DNA from: a virus
Taxonomy: Duplodnaviria > Caudoviricetes
DNA length: 56,940 bases
Reading direction: 5' to 3' (one strand)
IMG/VR virus record: IMGVR_UViG_3300048590_001377
Coordinates: 1 to 56,940 of that record
Shown piece by piece: positions 54,857 through 56,940 of this stretch; positions within the stretch are counted from its first letter, which is position 1, and each line of letters begins with the position of its first letter. Both the position numbers and the translations under genes were made by a program. The notes under the pieces are model-generated. The model ran no database searches, was not told where the DNA came from, and worked only from the letters and a program-made list of their open reading frames with translations.

Positions 54857-55153
54857 TCAATCCTCCAAGGTTGCGGCCAGTTTCTTCGCATCGGCGATGT
54901 CCCGATCCTGCGTGGACTTGTCGCCACCGCCCAGCATCACGATCAGCACCGCTCCACGCTGCACGTAATACATGCGCCAGCCGGGGCCGAAATGCTCGCG
55001 CATCTCGCTCACCCCATCGCCGACCGGTGCCACGTCGCCAAAGTTGCCGCGTTCGGCCTTTTCCAGCCTGCGGCCAAGGCGACGGCGCGTCAGGCCATCC
55101 TTGATCCCGTCGATCCATGCGGTGAACGCGCCGGTCTGCTTGATCGTGTACAT
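54857..55153 (-). CDS. Addiction module toxin (HI1419-like, RelE/ParE superfamily)
   Basis: GNFGDVAPVGDGVSEMREHFGPGWRMYY, LGGGDKSTQDRDI. Confidence 0.9.
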   Translation of the reverse strand: MYTIKQTGAFTAWIDGIKDGLTRRRLGRRLEKAERGNFGDVAPVGDGVSEMREHFGPGWRMYYVQRGAVLIVMLGGGDKSTQDRDIADAKKLAATLED

Positions 55154-55160
55154 GCTACAC

Positions 55161-55189
55161 ACTGTAATCATTCGATTACAGTAAAGCAA
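55161..55189 (-). promoter_or_regulatory. Toxin-antitoxin promoter with a palindromic operator
   Basis: ACTGTAATC-attc-GATTACAGT perfect 9-bp inverted repeat (55161-55182) overlapping TTGCTT-17-TACAGT. Confidence 0.75.
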
Positions 55190-55195
55190 GCCAGG

Positions 55196-55224
55196 TTGAC
55201 GCGGCAAGCGCACTGGCGTACCGT
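55196..55224 (+). promoter_or_regulatory. Sigma70 promoter of the c4/antirepressor operon
   Basis: TTGACG-17-TACCGT. Confidence 0.65.
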
Positions 55225-55307
55225 CTGCGGCAAGGAGTCTAGAAGCTCCGAAGCAAGCGGCATCCGCGAACCGACACGCGGTTTTTTTGTGCCCGTCCGT
55301 GCTCTAC

Positions 55308-55389
55308 GGCGGGAAGGGTGGCGGGAATACAACACCCGAAAGGGGAATACCGCCCGCCGACTTGCTTCGGCTTCTAGCCTTCCCGCCAC
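55308..55389 (+). ncRNA. C4-type antisense RNA
   Basis: Closing stem ggcgggaagg/ccttcccgcc and a ccc-GAAA-ggg hairpin, preceded by GGTTTTTTTGTGCCCG. Internal cttgcttcgg and gcttctag are complementary to the upstream sites 55239-55257 and to the downstream ctagaag at 55404-55410. Confidence 0.8.
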
Positions 55390-55450
55390 CTTGCGGGCCG
55401 CATCTAGAAGTGCTCCCGCAAGGCTCATCAGCCTCAGCAAGGAGCACATC

Positions 55451-56212
55451 ATGTCGCAGTCCGTCACCCCATTTAACTTCCGCAATCACCCCGTCCGCAT
55501 TGTCATGCAGGACGGCGAGCCGTGGTTTGTTGCCACCGATGTTGCCGAAGCACTCGGCTATCGCAACGCGCCGGACGCTACCCGGCATCTGGGCGACCAC
55601 CAGAAAGCTGATACGCAGATTGTGCGTACCAGCTCCAACGGCACCGAGCAGGCTCGCGCCCTCACCCTCATCAACGAATCCGGCCTGTACCGCCTCGTGC
55701 TGCGCTCGCGCAAGCCCGAAGCCGTTCCCTTTTCCGATTGGGTCACAGGCACCGTGCTGCCATCCATCCGCAAAACAGGCAGCTACGCCACCACGCCCAA
55801 ACCCACCACACCGGCGATCCCGGCCCTCACCGCCACCAGCATTCGCACCGCCATCGAAGCATCCGGCGCCGATCCCGTCGCCCTGCCCGATGCCGTAAAT
55901 GCTGCGATTGACGCCAAATCTGCCGCCTTCGCCGTCGAAATGATGGCCATCACCCGCCAGTACCTCGCCCGCCGCGTCGCCGATGCCGCACTCAGCGGCT
56001 ACCCCAAGCCCACCCTGGACGTGGACATCGCACTCGATGCCATTGCCGAAACCACCCTGGGCGAAGTCCTCACCCCGCACCACATGGCTCAACTGCGCAT
56101 GATTCGCAGCCTCTCGCAGGCCTTCGCCGCCACCGCCTGCGCCGTGCGTGACCAGATCGAAACCCAATTCCCATCCGCGCTGCCCGCCACCGCCATGGAG
56201 GTTTCCGTATGA
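55451..56212 (+). CDS. Bro-N domain antirepressor, 253 aa
   Basis: AAGGAG RBS; FNFRNHPVRIV..GEPWFVATDVAEALGY, INESGLYRLVLRSRKPEA..F..WVT..VLPSIRKTGSY. Confidence 0.88.
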   Translation: MSQSVTPFNFRNHPVRIVMQDGEPWFVATDVAEALGYRNAPDATRHLGDHQKADTQIVRTSSNGTEQARALTLINESGLYRLVLRSRKPEAVPFSDWVTGTVLPSIRKTGSYATTPKPTTPAIPALTATSIRTAIEASGADPVALPDAVNAAIDAKSAAFAVEMMAITRQYLARRVADAALSGYPKPTLDVDIALDAIAETTLGEVLTPHHMAQLRMIRSLSQAFAATACAVRDQIETQFPSALPATAMEVSV

Positions 56213-56940
56213 ACGCCCTTGTCACAATGACCAACGGCCAAGCTGTCAGCATCACCAGCGCCGAGATTGCCGATCTTGTTGGCAAGCGCCACGACAACGT
56301 GAAGCGCACCATCGAAGCCCTGATTGAACAAGAGATTGTCGTCCATCCTCAAATTGAGGACGAACCCGGCACTGATGCCCTTGGTCGTCCACGCGCCACG
56401 CAGGTGTACCGATTCACCGGCGAACGCGGCAAGCGCGACAGCATCGTGGTCGTGGCCCAGCTCTCGCCCGAGTTCACCGCCCGGTTGGTAGACCGCTGGC
56501 ATGAACTGGAACAACAAACCGCACTGGCCGAGTTCAAACTGCCCAAGACCATGGCCGAAGCCCTGCGACTGGCCGCCGACCAAGCCGACCGCATCGAAGC
56601 CCTGGAACACAAAGTCTCCGAGGACGCCCCCAAGGTGGCCGCGCTGGAACGCTTCGCCAGCCACGAAGGCCAGCACAACGTCCGCAACGCCGCCAAGCTG
56701 CTTGGCATCCGCGAACGCTTGCTTATCACATGGCTGATCGCCCACGACTGGATGTATCGCGACCACGCCGCTCGCCTGTGCGCCAAGTCCGGCAGGCTGG
56801 CCGATGGCTGCCTCAACACCGCTTCACCGTTTCAACCTTCTGATGTTGCAAGCCTCAACTCATGCAAGCGTGTCGGTCCCCGAAGCAGCCAAGCCGATAA
56901 CAATGTTGATCCTCGTGATCGTTTGAACGTCTGGCCCTGC
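56209..56940 (+). CDS. Rha-family regulator with a KilAC/ANT-like C-terminus; 3' partial
   Basis: GGAGG RBS; ITSAEIADLVGKRHDNVKRTIE, VVAQLSPEFTARLVDRWHELE, LPKTMAEALRLAAD, APKV; no stop before the window end. Confidence 0.8.
   Translation, partial: MNALVTMTNGQAVSITSAEIADLVGKRHDNVKRTIEALIEQEIVVHPQIEDEPGTDALGRPRATQVYRFTGERGKRDSIVVVAQLSPEFTARLVDRWHELEQQTALAEFKLPKTMAEALRLAADQADRIEALEHKVSEDAPKVAALERFASHEGQHNVRNAAKLLGIRERLLITWLIAHDWMYRDHAARLCAKSGRLADGCLNTASPFQPSDVASLNSCKRVGPRSSQADNNVDPRDRLNVWPC

Noticed and set aside
54254-55450. N-terminal 399 aa of the 652-aa ORF
   Set aside because: It runs antisense through the toxin-antitoxin genes and across the C4 RNA; the real Bro-N start is 55451 with AAGGAG.
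1-56940. Integrase, att sites, tape measure, tail sheath
   Set aside because: None is recognisable in the window; the genome ends are not captured.

Overview
The window is most of a GC-rich temperate phage or prophage. Host assignment is by inference only: Xanthomonadales-like Proteobacteria. No integrase or att site is visible, and the right end cuts through a gene. Minus strand, 49957->1: cro, a cII-like gene, a replication initiator with iterons, VRR-NUC, a Ref-like nuclease, a Q-like antiterminator, a terminator plus tRNA-Met(CAU), and a lysis cassette. These are followed by terminase, portal, scaffold, an N4-gp56-type capsid, tail and virion genes (no obvious tape measure, so probably podovirus-like), and a giant polyvalent protein of about 6040 aa (DarB-like methylase-helicase, two peptidase-like modules, ART-like module, PLxRFG-like C-terminus). 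Plus strand, from 50040: cI with two accessory genes (including a membrane-anchored HNH), a PL operon with rdgC, an inverted toxin-antitoxin pair, and a C4-type antisense RNA ahead of Bro-N and Rha antirepressor genes. Most notable observations: (1) a repeated hairpin motif GGCGC-AUGA-GUGCC in the leaders of late structural genes, next to two CsrA-like small genes, which is a candidate phage-encoded post-transcriptional control system; (2) a 97-codon gene with a perfect RBS nested in another frame inside the giant gene; (3) repeated FSR-type linkers between the modules of the giant protein; (4) apparently leaderless cI, cro and toxin mRNAs. All family assignments come from motif recognition by eye, not from database searches.
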